From NCBI GenBank assembly GCA_010356995.1, contig ML996693.1:558001-622000 (forward strand): 64,000 nt of DNA, in the 5' to 3' direction. The position numbers were made by a program, and so were the translations under genes. This DNA comes from Trichodelitschia bisporula (Eukaryota). Numbering within the stretch: position 1 is the first letter of the stretch; the number at the start of each line of letters is the position of its first letter. Of this stretch, positions 46,301 to 60,266 are shown in pieces. The notes under the pieces are model-generated. The model ran no database searches, was not told where the DNA came from, and worked only from the letters and a program-made list of their open reading frames with translations.

Positions 46301-49300
46301 GTTTTTGTCGAGCCAGCCTCATCCTTTCCCCCGCCCCAGACCACGGCGGTCCTATTTACAAGTTTGTAGCCTCTGATTCGGTGGCTACCTCCCTAAGTCC
46401 GCGCCGGATATAGGAATTGGGCCAGTCATCGTCCCGCCGCTCAGGTCTCGCATCCACGTCTTCCTGGACAGCATCCCCTTCCCCTGGAGCAAATCATGCA
46501 GTCCCGAATCAAGGATATCGGCTCCTAGCCGACACCGTGAACCCGGCGTGCCCGAGCGTTCAAAGGCTGAACTTGCTGTTCTATTTTCAGCACCCGATGT
46601 TGCAACCGAGTTGCCGAAAATCCGGGGCGCGCTCAGGCGTGCCGGTGGAGGGCGCATCGTTTCCGCAATCCGCTTGCTTAGCCTACGCCACGAAGCCGAT
46701 GAACGCCTCCGAGCTGGTCACGGTAGCGGTTGGTCTAGAACTTCCCTGGATATAAAATCAGCTGCAGCACAAGTGATGCAATGCTGACTCACTCTCCAAC
46801 AAACAACTGAAGCTGCCATTCTGCGTCGAAGCTGCCATTGCGAGCCGCAGCATGGCGTTTAACGGACACATGGTGACAGCGCGATGTCGGCTTCCAGATT
46901 GACCTTCAAAAGAACCTATTGTTGGTACCATACATTGGTACCTGTGCGGTCCGTGTGCCCGACAAGCCACCACCGGCAGGCGTCGCATGGAGTGGAGCGC
47001 AGCCCCAATGCGGAAGTAGGACCGGAAGCAAATCAGAACATGCCATTACGCTCGACGCGCAACTTTCATGACCTGACATCTGATATCCAAGCCCGGGATG
47101 GCCCATCGTACCGCTGGTCACCTAAAGGGATCCGAGATTGTTCGCGATCTCGACATTTCTCTTGGTTTTCCGCCCCATTTTCTCCATTCGGGCTTTGTCA
47201 AAACGCAGAATCTGCAGAACTGGCAGATCGCTTCAGGGATCCAGGAGATCTCCATGGTATGTTGCGCCGAGAAACTTTGACAACGGATCCGTATTCCGGC
47301 GAGCTTGACCGGAACGGCCGCCGTTGCGCACAACTCCGTTGGGACTTCTGAAGGGCGTTTGATCTTCCGATTGGTACACTTCTTGGGCCCTTACCTCTTG
47401 ACAGTCCCATCGTCGGAAGTTCCGCATCCCGCCAACTTGCACGGCCACCAGAATAACGTTCGGAGCCAACGAATCAGAGGTTATAGTGGCCTACTTGCCA
47501 TGAGTGTGGCTTGCCGCATGTAACCTCATCATCCCATGAGCCTCACAGAGGTTACAATCACAAACCGGAGGCGGTTGGGTTTACTCTCCTGTGACCTTCC
47601 CGCATCCAGGCCTCCTCTTCACAGAACCGTGTTCATTCTCTCTCTCCCTAAATGAACTCAACATGCAGGGACGACCATCTCCTGCCAAACGCGGGCTATG
47701 GTCTAGGACAACCCAAGCCAATCATTTATCGAAAGGGCCACCGAATGAGGTATTGTACGCGGCAGGGGCATCAAATTCCTGGATTTCTAATCAGCCTTTA
47801 TTCCCAGCCGAGGACAGTGAGCACAGCAGAAACGCAGAATACCCATGGCGATTCCCCTCGTCGGCTTACCATGGCTCTGGGAGCTTAGGCCCAGACGCCC
47901 GTCGAGCTAGACCTCGAGGAGCACCCAAGCCCCCGTCGCAAGACATGCAATTGGACACTTGACGCCGGCGGGGTATGGGGGTTATGGTATGGCGGCTGAA
48001 CGTTGGTCCTGAATTTGAACAGTTGCATCGCATTCCTTTCGCAAGGCGCGCTGTGGGGGAAACACTCGTATTGGTGGTGTTTTGGTCCCCTCAAGCCCAA
48101 TATGATCGCCACGGGTGGTTGCAGATCCCGTTGTACATCCGTACGCGGCATGTCATGTGCAACACTGTGAGTCCTCTTAGCCACCAAGCGTTGAGAATGC
48201 TTCTGAGAGGTACAATGGAGCGCCTCCCTCGCCCTCAAAGTGCATCCCAGCACAACGGTTGTCTAGCCATTAACTCGTTGAAGACGTACTTTGGTCTCTG
48301 CGGATTTGGAGACTAGAATGACGACACCCGAAATCATTCTTGACCCCCCAGCAACGCGAGATGGCCAATTGAACGACTTGAATAATGGCCGAAAATATCG
48401 CCCCTAACCAACGTCCACCAGGCGGCGTAGTGCCCACGGTGGGGCGCGGGGCGTTTGCCAGGGTGGGGGAGGGGCGTGGCGTTCAGTCGTGCCACACTCA
48501 CCGTTGCAGACCGTGCCTGTCATTGAGTATTTTGCTGAAAGCCGGACAAACGATTGGCGAATGGACCAAACATGCGCACTCTCGAGAGATGACAGAGCGG
48601 TGGAAGACAGGAGCATCTGCATCACTGCACACGCCGCCGCGCGCCTCATTAGATGGCACTGCACAGTCCTGACTGAACCCCTCGACGTCGAGTTCGTATT
48701 CGAGCGCCGCACCACAGGCGCCGCGCGTCCAAATTCAGGGACAAGTTGTTGCTTGTTGAATGGGGCTGCGGTAAATGTTAACCTGGAATCCCTGACTCTG
48801 AAGCATGCGCGCTTCGCGCAGGAGAACTGGAATTGCCAAAGGTCACGAGCTTGTCGTCCTACAACGCCTGCAAAGGGCATTGAAGGCAAAGAGCAGTATG
48901 TTGTGCATGGCTTAGGTCATCATCCCGCAGCTAGCAGCAGTGGAATCTACGTTGGTACGTTGCATACCGTAGAGTCGGTCAGGCCCCTCGGGAACCGACG
49001 TTCCCGCATCCAAATTCAAACCACCACCGGATTGTGGCTGACGGGAGGCTGGCGGTGCAAGATTCGGCCCGCAAGGGAGTCTACCGTACCCGGTTGGTCT
49101 CATTCGAGCTCTGGCCCATGGGCCAAAGCCACAAGTCTGGAGACGACATTGTTGTCTCGGTGGTATGACCAATTTTGGGCAGTGCTGCTTAATCAAGAAT
49201 CAACACCTTCGTGAAGACTTCAGGCTGCTGGCGGTATTTCGAAACACGGATGTAGGGAAATTTACCGTGCGGACAGTAAAATGCGGAAAGGCGCGATCCC

Positions 49301-51454
49301 GGACTTCCGCCCGGCCCTAGGAATTTTGGGGCATGCTGGCGTGCCAGTAGTTCGAGCAAGAGCATATCGTGGGCCTGAGCCCTGAAAGTGGAACACGTGC
49401 TTTTCGACGACACCTCTCAATGCAGTCCGATACTCTACGGTAGGTACCATAAGAGGCATCGGCAAGCGATGGGACGCTCGGCGTTTCTCGGCCTGCCGGT
49501 TTGGACTGCATGGTTCTGTCATGGACCGGCTCAACCCAGTTACACACCCCTCGATTGCAGCAGTTTTCTGGCGGGACGAAAGATATGCTGGACTATGGTA
49601 CAATTAGTTCGCGGTGACTAGTGACGACTGAGCTGCGACGGTGCCTGAAGCGTAGGGACGGGACAAAATGTGCCGAGATATACGGAGTAGTTTTGTGTTA
49701 GCTGGTGTCGTGGTTTGACTTTCAGATGTGGTGTTCCATTATTGCTTGACCCCCACGAGCCCTCCCTTGGCCCCTTAGGACGGTCCCTCTTTCCTATTCG
49801 TTCTTTCCATTCCACACAATAACCCTGGTCCTAGCTGCCGGCCTCGGCACCTCCACATCTGCACGAGCCACTGCAGATTTGGCCTAGCGTTGATGCCTCC
49901 GGGAATAAACGCAGTCGTCTGGTTTGCGAGGTCGGAAGGCTTGCCCTCGAAAGATGAAAGGCCGTTAATGCTCCGAAGACTGTTGCACTTTACACAATTG
50001 GCTTGGATTTGAGTCCATCGTGACTACATCCGTAGGCCGATATCTTCAGGGAAAGCAGCCGGTGTCCAGTACTCTCTTTTCTTTGACCGGTCGCCCGGTA
50101 CATACCAACTAGCTGTCTGTAAAAGATCCTTCAGTCGGGCGGCTCTTCCATCCCAAGGCGGGCCGTTGAATGGGTATACGCGTGACTAATACGCAACACT
50201 GACCTCGTTCTGGAGCCTCTAGGAGAGGCTCAACTTTCCACCAGCCACAGCCACACCCCGCCACGCAAACCACTCCCTTGGGTTCGTGATGTCTGCACCT
50301 CACTTGCTCGCACCTCAACTTGTACGGATGTAAACATGGCACTCGATGGCAGGTGCCACCGAGATGTTCACGGCCCTGCTGCGGATGGGCAGAATAGAAG
50401 CGATGCTTTGACAAATTATTCTTGCTCGAAGTATCTCCTTCCGAATGGGCATTGCGCCTGCTGTAATGTCGTCGACTGGGAGGGCAGAATGAAGTATATC
50501 CTGAGATCGGCAAATAATTGCCCAAAATAGGAATTATGCTGCGCAATGAGATTATTTTTGGGGCCTTTGATCAGTTTACTCATCACGACTTCACAAAGTT
50601 CATAGACTCCCACGGGTCGCAGCTTCCAGATAATGATTAGTAAATACTTCTCAGACTTCAGACTACCAAGAGTACGTACCCGTATCTGCCTTCAGCGTCG
50701 GAGCATTTTCGTAAAGCCGATGATCGGACATGGGATCGGACATGGAAATAAGATCTCCCTTGGCATCAGACGCTTCTTTTTGCCTGACCTCCGATCATGC
50801 ACTTGATATGTACGTTGATTCTGTCAGCCCTATGTACCCTGCTTCTACCGACATGACCCGTCAGACGCCCTGTTGGTCGTCAGTGGCATGCACTGTCAAG
50901 AAGCTGCAGAAATGTTCTCGAGCCCATCGTTACCCGACTACCGCATTAGGACTTACGAGGCGGTGGCATTGCGGCGGAGTTCGGGAAATGCGGGAAATGG
51001 AAATGCGAGGATGACGTAGGAATGCCAGCCTTCTGCATAGAGCTCCAGCTCCGATAACCCCGAATCCCTACAACATCTTCCTTGGGACGTGCAGCCTTGG
51101 GCGAGATGGAAGGGGAGCGACGCAGCTTCGCTTACAGTGCACCGTGACCACAATCCATACATGATACACGTCCAGAAGAGCGTACGATTCTGCACGCCTC
51201 CTCGGCAAACATCTCGAGATACGTCCCTTGGGCGCTTCTATCCCATGTCCCAAGATAGCATTCTATCGCCGCTAGCGCCCTGGTATGCGTGACCCACCGT
51301 GCCCACGTTGTCCCAACTCCTCGAACCATACAAATACGAATCATGCAAGGCTTAGACCATGCGCAGACGGGCCAGGGCTTCCGCTTGACAACCTATGGGG
51401 TCCAGACTCATGGCTAATACTAATCGGCAAGCCCCCATACAAGCAAATCTTCAA

Positions 51455-54359
51455 TCATCTCGCGATCCCCTTCTTTTTCTGTGCTCTCATGCTCGCCAAG
51501 GTCCCTTCTCTTCCAAATCCCCTTCCCACTTCCCGGACGATCATCCGCACAAAGTCTCGGCTGATCCAATAGCTCGAGTGCGCACCCAGCATCGTGAGAT
51601 ACTGAATCTCAAGAGCGCCGCCTCCGTACCGCAAGAAGTAGTCGATCTGACCGTTGTCATTCAGCAAGTACGCGCGCTTTTCAGCAACCTCCTCGCGGGT
51701 GAAGTTGTGAGTCTCCAGCTCAACGTTCGACGGCAGCCGCTCAACTGGAGAGGGCTTATGATCTGTGATGTTGTACCCAGGGCCGCCGCGGAATGGATTA
51801 GAGAGCGTGAAAAAGGATGTGGAACTGCTTGGAACGAAGGCAGGCTTCAAAGCTGCGGCATATACAGCATCGACGGTGGCATTTAGGCGGTACGCGACAG
51901 GATCGTATGGATTGATCACGTTGTAGACGTTGTCAACCGCTATGCATCCGTAAGTGCCTTGAGCACCTGCTACGCCTGGCGCCTGGAAGTTCTCGGCTCC
52001 GGGTTTCGATGTGTCATGGCGGGGAAGGAGGGAAGCTCTCTTCAGGAGCAAGAAGAACCCGGTGGGGGAACCGCAGATAAAGAGGCTCTTGGTGTTGAAA
52101 ATAAAGTGATCAACAGGGAGCACATCCAAGGACTTCGACGGATCCGGAACATGTGGCTGTGTGTAAGTTGGCTGGTTGCTAAGTATGTCCAGGGCCATGA
52201 CGCTTCCAAGAGAGTGGGCGATGACATGTACACGACCATACTCTGCAAATCCAGGATTGTTGATACACCACTGGTCGTATATTCTGTTCGCTTCCCGAAC
52301 GACTGCAGCGACCATCTTCGGGTGATGCTCGCCGGAGAGATAGTACGGGATATCGAGCATCACATCGCTGACGATATTGCGAACGGATGTTAACGTCTCA
52401 GGGGTGATGTCTTTTAGGGTATAGTCATTTTGTGCGGGGTCTTCTGGCTCGTCACGGTAACCTCCATCCTCAAAGGATAGTGTTAATCGCCAGTTGACCT
52501 TCTGAATTAAGACATACATCTCCAATTGGAACAGGAACTTACCGGCAGGACCATGATACCACCCATATCTGACCGCAAGTTGAATTTGATATCATCAGCT
52601 CCCAGCTCAACGTTGACTTCCCGGCGGAAAGCATTGATGGCGTGAGTGAAATGATAGCTTTCAACCCTTTCAGACAATTTTTGCCCAATGCCATGAACAA
52701 CCAGAACGAGATCTGTCACTCTTGGCCGCTCGGACCCAGAGAGTGTATCATCCAGCTGCTGCCGAACTTCCGGGGCCAGACCGGCCTGCGCAGTGGAGAC
52801 GCCTTCGCGTGCCTTGGCTTCAGCAGAGCTGCGCTTCACAGGATGCAGTTTGCTCCAGGCAGCCTGGTCGAATCCACGAACAACACGAATTCCCACAGCA
52901 CGACCTTTCCGTATGTAATTTGCAAAGGGTCGCCGACCATAATAGTCTGAGGGCTGCAAGTTTGGTCGCAAGATGTAAGCTTCCCGTTCATTCGCATATA
53001 TTATGCCGGCATGAAGATATTGTCGAACGGTGCCGTCTCGTCCGTAACGTGACACTCCCGATGCCTTGTTGTCTGGGCCCTCCGGCCCAGAGGCGATGTC
53101 GATCAAATCTCCCGCTGTGGCTGCGGTTTCTTCCCGTTCTTTTTCAGGTTCAGCTGGACCTGTATCTAGAGACCTGGTCATGGAATTAGCTCATTTGTGC
53201 AGGAAGTGAAGTAACCCATACCCGGTAAGCTGGTTACCAGTAGCCCCATGAGAGGATCCGGGCCGGTTGGACGGCCTCAGTTTGTCTGGCCATAGTTTGT
53301 GTAGGATCTTCATCTCGCCTGCGGCCCCGACCTCCACCGCGCTATTCAGCTCGTCTTTCCAGGTCTCGGACCAGACTTTCAGCTCCAAGTAGCCCGCTTC
53401 CAGCATATTGGCCACCTCAACCTCGACCGGTAACAGGCTTTCGGCATAGAACCAGGTCCCACGAATGACAGCTGCGACATCGTTGACTGGGGACCAATAA
53501 ATGGGCTCCATCCTTGACCTCGTCAGCTGCGTAAGAAATTGGGTTTGGAGACATACTGGAGCTCAGGGACAAGAACACTATGCAACCGTGACACACCTAC
53601 CGGCACATTGGCTGAAGGGCCGCGCAATTTGGTCGGGGGTTCACGGGCCCGGGATTCCTCTCGTTGTGACGACTCACCGGCGAGCAAGGGATCATCGCCC
53701 CAGTTGTAGCTATCAATTTTTTGGTTTCCCGGGCGCATAGACGTGCTCCTGGACCTCGTCCTGTCTGCAAGCCCGACATCTATCCGGGAAGGCGCTCGAA
53801 TGAATGGATTGCCCGTAGTGGATAGTGAACCAACCGTGAAACCTTGGTCCGTACTGTCCATGACTCGTGAGGTCGCTAAAATGCCTTCATGCTCTGCGCT
53901 CGACTTAGTTGGTGATGGCGCCTCATCAGAGGGCAAACGCTTCGGCTGCGGTCGAGGACTGTGGGGCACGGAAGTAGTACCCAAAGAACTGGCCAGCGAT
54001 CTCCTCTTGTGATCCGCGACAGATATGTTTCGAGATCTTCCTGCAGTGGCAGGTTGTCCTGTGGAACCTCCGATACCAGACCGACGTTTCTCCTTCTCGA
54101 ATCCCTTCTCATTCAACTTGAGGCGCTTTCGCCGAATATCCACCCAGGCGCGGTCCAGAGCGGCATTGTCATACACCGAGAACGGCCTTGGCGGGTGATT
54201 GTAGGGAATGGAGGAGCTCGCGAGCGGAGGCGGTAAAGGAGACAGCGGATCGTCTATGGCCAACGGTGAGGAATAGAAGTAGCGTACCGCTATGGGAGGA
54301 GGAGATTCTGTTGGCTCCAGCATCTCGCGGGCGTAGCGAGCAGACCTGGAGTTACTCAT
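51455..54359 (-). CDS. DDL1: DDHD-domain (PA-preferring) phospholipase A1; 3 introns
   Basis: PIYWSP...RGTWFY, DLVLVVHGIGQ, LPVNWR, MLDIPYY, lipase motif AHSLG, YNVINPYDPVAYRL and AHSSYW. Confidence 0.9.
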
Positions 54360-55095
54360 CGCGATCAGGAAGGCAGAGCTAACAGCTCTCCCTGGCTGGC
54401 AAGCTGGTAAGTTGAGTTCGCCGAAGCTCGCGAAGGTGGGTCCGGGTAGTCTTACAGTGGTAACAGCGACACACGGCTAACAGTCATAACAGCGATGGAG
54501 CTCATACGAGTAGTACTGTAGGGCATAGATAGGGATAACGTGTCGGCGGTCTCGCTGGCAAAAGTGTTGGATGTGCATCACTTCACAGACGCCACTTCAT
54601 TGAATGATCAGGTCGACGTCGTTGTTGCCTGATTGCAGCCTAGCTGACTGCAGCTCAACGTGTGGGGAGCTTGGATCCCTTTGTGGTTCGAGAGCATGAG
54701 CCACTGACGTCGCGAGATCTAGCCACGCATGTGATTTGCGGATCAAAAGGCCCATACTGTGCGGTACTGTAGCCTGTCACAAGCTGTGATCAAGCTGATA
54801 CTTTGTCCCGTGCGACGTGTGTAGTGTAGAAAATATCTCCACAATTTGCTGTGGTACTTTAGGAGAAAGAGAAAGGCTGGAATCCTTGAGTTAAGATCAG
54901 TGAGCTTAGTTATTCTACGTTTTCGCACAGTAGCGAGTAGATTCTCCTCCACTCGACATTCATCCTTAGGAAAAGTGATTTTACCCCATATCGCACCTGA
55001 CTTAGCGTTGGCTGACATCTCTGCTGTCTGCTGATAGCCGACCACGACGATCGCGACGAGGCCTGCGTGCCTTTATCACAAGCGAGTCGCGGTCC

Positions 55096-55809
55096 TTACG
55101 CCACAAGGTCGGGTGAAACCAGAGGCTCGGCTGTACCTGTAGGCGCGTATCCGGCCACTTGATAATGCTTCTGTTCCGGATTGCAAATGATACCGTAGTT
55201 CAGGCAGTCCGGTAGATACAGTTCGTTGACCAATTTGATGTGTGACTGCCATCACTCAGATACTTCCGTATCGATGATTTTTTGAGCACTTACGGGGAGA
55301 GACGTGACCTTGAAAGACTGGATAAGCTCTTCGTAGGTTAGGTGGAGATCAACCACGACACGAGTAACGGCGGGACCCCATTCCCTTTCCCAAACAGCGC
55401 CATATTGGATGGCCTTTGATATTCGCATACGTCTTGGGACATTAGTATCGTTATTAGGGAAGAAAACCAGCAAAATAAGCCAACAGTACAACAGCCGTAC
55501 AATGACCATACACAAAACAAAGCCTTTGAAGATCTGAAACTCGTCCGGCATGACTGACACTTTACTGGTTCGATCCTCCTTTAACCTCGGTCAAGGAACT
55601 GTACTTGCTCTAGCTGCTGTCGACAGAAGCGTATTGGATGAGCATCCATAGGCTTTAAGCCCCAACCCTTCTGCTGGACGTGACAAGCCTTTGGTCGCAT
55701 GATTATAAGACTTTGGAGAGTTGTCTGATTCATCGTCGGTCTGGTCGAGGCTGTTGAGCATGCGAAAGAAGTCCTCCTTTTCAGAGTGTGTCCAACTTGT
55801 AGTAGTCAT
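55096..55809 (-). pseudogene. POL4: Remnant of a DNA polymerase lambda (Pol X family) gene: N-terminus and BRCT domain only
   Basis: EKEDFFRMLNSLD...QIFKGFVLFFFPNNDTNVPRRMRISKAIQYGAVWEREWGPAVTRVVVD...LP/SHIKLVNELYLPDCL matches my recollection of the BRCT region of filamentous-fungal Pol lambda. Lesions: in-frame TGA at 55591-55593, intron acceptor GG instead of AG at 55467-55468, TAA at 55096-55098, and no catalytic domain. Confidence 0.78.
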
Positions 55810-55848
55810 GTTTCGGTCATACCCTAAGCTATTGCACTGGAAAGGTTA

Positions 55849-56086
55849 ACGCGAACATAGCGTCAGAGGCCAACCGATGAATACCTCGAACTGCATAAAA
55901 AGAGCCTCCCCAGCCCTCCCCACTGTTGAACACAAGGAGACTGGAGATAGCGTGGCGTGCGGGAGATCGGAGCATCTGCGGGAGTGGCTAACGGGCCGCT
56001 TCTCCTTGGCGGCTTATCCTTGCAGCTTGGCACGTCGCGTTCTCCATCGCACGTCGACAGCCGCTGTGCACGTCTCCAAATCGCGT
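55849..56086. promoter_or_regulatory. MCB-like (WCGCGW) elements between the Pol lambda remnant and SLD3
   Basis: ACGCGA at 55849 and TCGCGT at 56035 and 56081, upstream of an S-phase gene. Confidence 0.45.
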
Positions 56087-56155
56087 CAACTCCCTCCAAT
56101 CTGTATCTCATCGTTATTCTCATATGGATCATGCCCATTCTTGCGCTAGGTCACT

Positions 56156-58915
56156 ATGTCTGGACCTAGCTTTCTCTCCGTTTCTTCATTACCGGCGATT
56201 CCCTCGTCTGAACCACTGCCCGCTGTAGCGAGTCCAGATGATACCAGGAAGCGCAGGAGATCAGAATTTGAACTTGTGCCGCTACAGCCTAATTCGATTA
56301 TTATTCAGGTGGCTAGACTGTACGCCGTTGCTGGTAGTAGCGCTGACTATCCGTAGCCATGTCCGAATTCCAACTCCAACAAGGCCACCGTTCTGAAGCC
56401 TCTTCGAGTAATCGACCGCTATCAACTTGCCCTGAACTTCCTCGAACCAGCCAATGCGTCCCTGCTGCCAACAGCACGTCTCTTCACTGCTTTCATCGAT
56501 AGCCTGGAATGCGACACGAATGAAGCCAAGGATACGCCACTTCTGGTTGCACGATCAGAACTCGAGAAGACTCTGTACATAGTCGAGCTTGTTAGGAGCG
56601 GAACGTACGCTCTGTGCAGGCTTGCGAGCTGGGTGGAACTGCGACACTTTGATCATGGAAAGCCAACGAGAAGCCTGTTGCTTGCATCCATACCGGACTT
56701 GGAGGCCGATCTCTCTTCGACGTGGTGGGCGAAGGCAGTCATTAGCGGAACTCAGAGTCTCGCGCCCCAGCCCGTCGTGAAGAGGCCACGCCTGGCTCTG
56801 CAGCGGCCAGACACCGTAGAGATTCCGGTTCCTGAGCCAGGTGGATTTGAACCCCAGAACGAAAGGCCCCTCCGGGAATTTTCAGATGCCACGGAGGATA
56901 AGTCACCTGAAGAAGTGTCGAGTACGCTGGTCCAGCAGTATCTTGAAGCGCTTTACGTCTCGAGGACTACACTCGCATTCTTTGCAAAAGGACCTTTGGC
57001 CAGGGCACGGACAGCGCTCAACGCCAATGCAAGCAACCCGAAGGGACTCGTCAGCCTCGCTCAATGCCTTCGGACTATGCTCTTGACTCTCAACTCCATG
57101 GACAAGAAGTACCGCGAGAAGCTTCCCGCAATTGTCCGTACAATTCTGCCATGGGCTTCCGATGAAGAACTCAAGAAGCCATACAAACGGAAGAAGGCCA
57201 AGATGCCCAAACTGGGGAGAGATGGCGTCTATTCATTTGAGGACGGATTTGTACGCAAGTGGTGGGCCTCGGATGGCTCAATAAAGCAAGACGACTGGCC
57301 TGGTAGTTCTGGAGAGCAGCTTATAAGGCGGCGGATCAGCGCCCTGCGAGTTCGAGAGACTCTGGCTCAGATCGTGCTTGTTTTAGAAATTTTTGCACTG
57401 GAAGCCACACCTGGGTTTGGGACCGCACAACTCCAAGGACCAGAAGACGAGGGACTCGATCCTGGCCCGAAAAAGAAGCGGAAGCAAAAAAAACCGCAGG
57501 ACTTGATGTTGCTCCTGGATATGCTCCTGGACAAGCTGTGCATATGGCAGTCAATTGAACAAGACGGGGACCTGGGGATTAGCGGAGAGTCGACGCAGGC
57601 CGGAGAGATGAATAAGCTTATTGATCGAGATCTTCTGAGCAGCTTTTGCGTCGAGGTTATTATTCCATTGTAAGGCCCCTTAACTTGCCTTCCCAGTCTG
57701 ATTCTGACGTTGATGGTAGCTATCAATCGCGAATTCCCGAGCATGCACGGCTAGTCAACAAAAAGTTTGGTGGCCCGGGTGGTGTTTCTCCTCAGAAAAT
57801 GGCCAAGACGAAGCCGGCTAAACCGCCGAAGCCGACACGTCAAGAGTCGAAGGAATCCGCCTCTAAGGAAACTGCGTCCCATAAACCTCGTCGACAGTTG
57901 CAGAAGACAGCCTCGGCATCCATCAATTCTACCCAACTCCGGCATCCTTCCCTTGCACGCTCTATGACAGAGATGTCCCTTCCGCGCCTGAAGCGTGAGG
58001 CGAGCGAGATATCTCTGCGAGATATTCCACGGCTAGAAAATCAGGCTCTGACGCGACGAGATTCTGAAACGCAATTGAAGCATCTCAGCCGGAGGCAGGT
58101 TGATCTGGGTCCCAAATCGGCCGTGAACGACAAGAAGCGTCGACAAGATGTTTCCATTCAAGAGAAATTGAGGGATGCCATCAGTACGCTGAAGAAGCCC
58201 AACCGTGGAGCTGCGGTCAGAGATTATGTGGACGCTGTGGAGTCTAGGACATTGGCCGGGGGCCCTGCTAAAAAGAGTATGTTAACCCTTGCCGCGTGTG
58301 TACCTTGCTAACGGGGGGGGTCTAGAAACGGCTCTCTCGGCGTTCAAAGGTCCACGAGACATTCAAGTTGAAGCTACACCAAAGAAGAACAAAGCGTCCC
58401 AATCCGCTTTCCACTTAGCTCTTCACGGTACCGGGATCCCGGCAACTCCAAGTCGGAACTCTAGTGATTTCTTTGTACCCAGGTCATCACACCGGTCAAA
58501 CGACTTCAGCCTCGATCGCCATAGCGCCTCTTCTCGCGGCGCTGCGGAGGTTATCGCACCGACACCCGCTCATGGATCGACCAAGGGCCCACTCTTCCCA
58601 CAGCTTACGAGGAGCAGCATACCCGAAGGGCCGCCAACCACCCTGGACTTCCCGGCCATTGGCAGCGTTGCGGCTCAGAGCAATAATTCGATTCAACAGA
58701 TGCAGTCACCCTCTCGCCCCGCAGTGCGGGCTACGCCGCTAAAGCAGACCAGCAACTCTGCCCCGGACGTTATTTTTGCCACGCCGGTTAAGCCGCTTAA
58801 CTTTGCGAGTCCTGAACTCCCCAAAACATCCCGCCTGGTGCCAGCCACGCCGACGCTGCCCGAGGGCAAGTCGATTTACGATGCATTGGGCTGGAATGAT
58901 GATTATGACATATAG
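56156..58915 (+). CDS. SLD3: DNA replication initiation factor Sld3; 3 introns
   Basis: QYLEALYVSRTTLAFFAKGPLARAR, MDKKYREKLP, LRVRETLAQIVLVLE, LDKLCIWQ, FCVEVIIP, AISTLKKPNR and C-terminal SIYDALGWND. Confidence 0.9.
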
Positions 58916-59185
58916 TTTCACGTTTTGTTTATTTGCTCTTTGCATAGCGTGTGGAGTTTAGATGGACTTTGTCGGGATTGCGGTGCAGGAGGGTGGTCCT
59001 ACGATACGGCATGAGAGCATTGTCAGCATATAACTGTACAGGCGGCAGGCCACGGTGTTGGAAAGATGTGCCTGTGAGCGTTCCTTCATTGCGTCTGCAG
59101 CTAAGGCTGCGCGCCTAAGGTATTGCTCTGAAATATTATGATTCACGTGCCACGATCAATTGTATCTACGATGCTAGAAATTGCA

Positions 59186-60197
59186 CTAGAAGAGGGTATC
59201 TCTGCTCAGGATAGCCCAAGTAGTGTCATCAACTGTTGTGTAAATCAACCCCATCTCAAGCAACTCATCCCCTGCCCTGCCAACCTGCGCCGCATCCATA
59301 TGAAGCTTGTTCGCGATATCTTGTAGATGAAGACCCTCATTGCTCTGTGGTGTGTTGCTGAGTGTGTGATACACCTTCCTCGCTGCAGCAGAGAGGCCGG
59401 GTGGAAGTCCATCTGCACCAAGAGAAACGCCGCCTCCAGCGCCACCCGTGGCCACACCTCCCTGTTGCACCCCGCTCATGTTTCCAGCACTGCCACTGGT
59501 GTCCTTGGCCCCCGGGGGGCCGTGTTTGAAGTAGAGATGCACGGTTGCCGCTTCAAGCAGATGGTAGGAGATTTCGTTGAAGTCTGTGACAGGCCGGATG
59601 ATGTGGGCGCCCACGTGCCGCTTGTTCTGGAAGGATTTGAGCTTTCCAATCACACGTACGTAGCTGTTCTCCTCAACATTTGGCCGAGAAGTAACGTGGT
59701 CGCCCTCGGTTGGGGAGAAGACTTTCACTTCGATGATCCCGGTACCGTCATCGAGGCGATATGTGATGCGTACGCTCTGGGCCGAGATGTTGCTGACTTG
59801 ACCAACGAACGTGATCTTGATAGTCAGCCACGTGGCATGATGTACGGAAGGGGAAATACTTGATCAATCGCACGACTGTCGATTGTGAATTCCTCGCTCC
59901 CGTCCGCCATCTGAGCATCAAGCAGCTGCTTTATGGTGACTGGTCTGAGGGAGCTGTTCTCGTAGTTCTGCTGCTATTTGTCAACATCGATATAGTAACA
60001 ATACAAAGAAACTGACTCTACCACCTCCGCTGGGGCTGTTTTGGCTTGCAACGAAGCCGCCTCCGCCCATACCACCGCCCATGCCACCGACCTGGCCTCC
60101 GAAAGACGTCGATCCATATTGATTTCCATAGTTTCCGTAGTCTAGCAAATAGTTAGTCTCTGGGTACAGCCCGTGATCCAGAAAAGTTCATACCCAT
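59186..60197 (-). CDS. RFA2: Replication protein A 32-kDa subunit; 3 introns
   Basis: Gly-rich N-terminus, SLRPVTIKQL, FVGQVSNIS, YRLDDGTGIIEVK, VTDFNEISYHLLEA and winged-helix C-terminus GLIYTTVDD. Confidence 0.95.
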
Positions 60198-60266
60198 GGT
60201 GGGTGGTGCAGTATGATGGGCGTGTAGCACGCACAAAACGGTTTGGCGGGGTGCCTGCAAAGACCG

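Noticed and set aside
48489..49214. 241-aa ORF in the large intergenic region
   Set aside because: GTG start, Cys/Trp/Arg-rich random-like composition and no domain motif.
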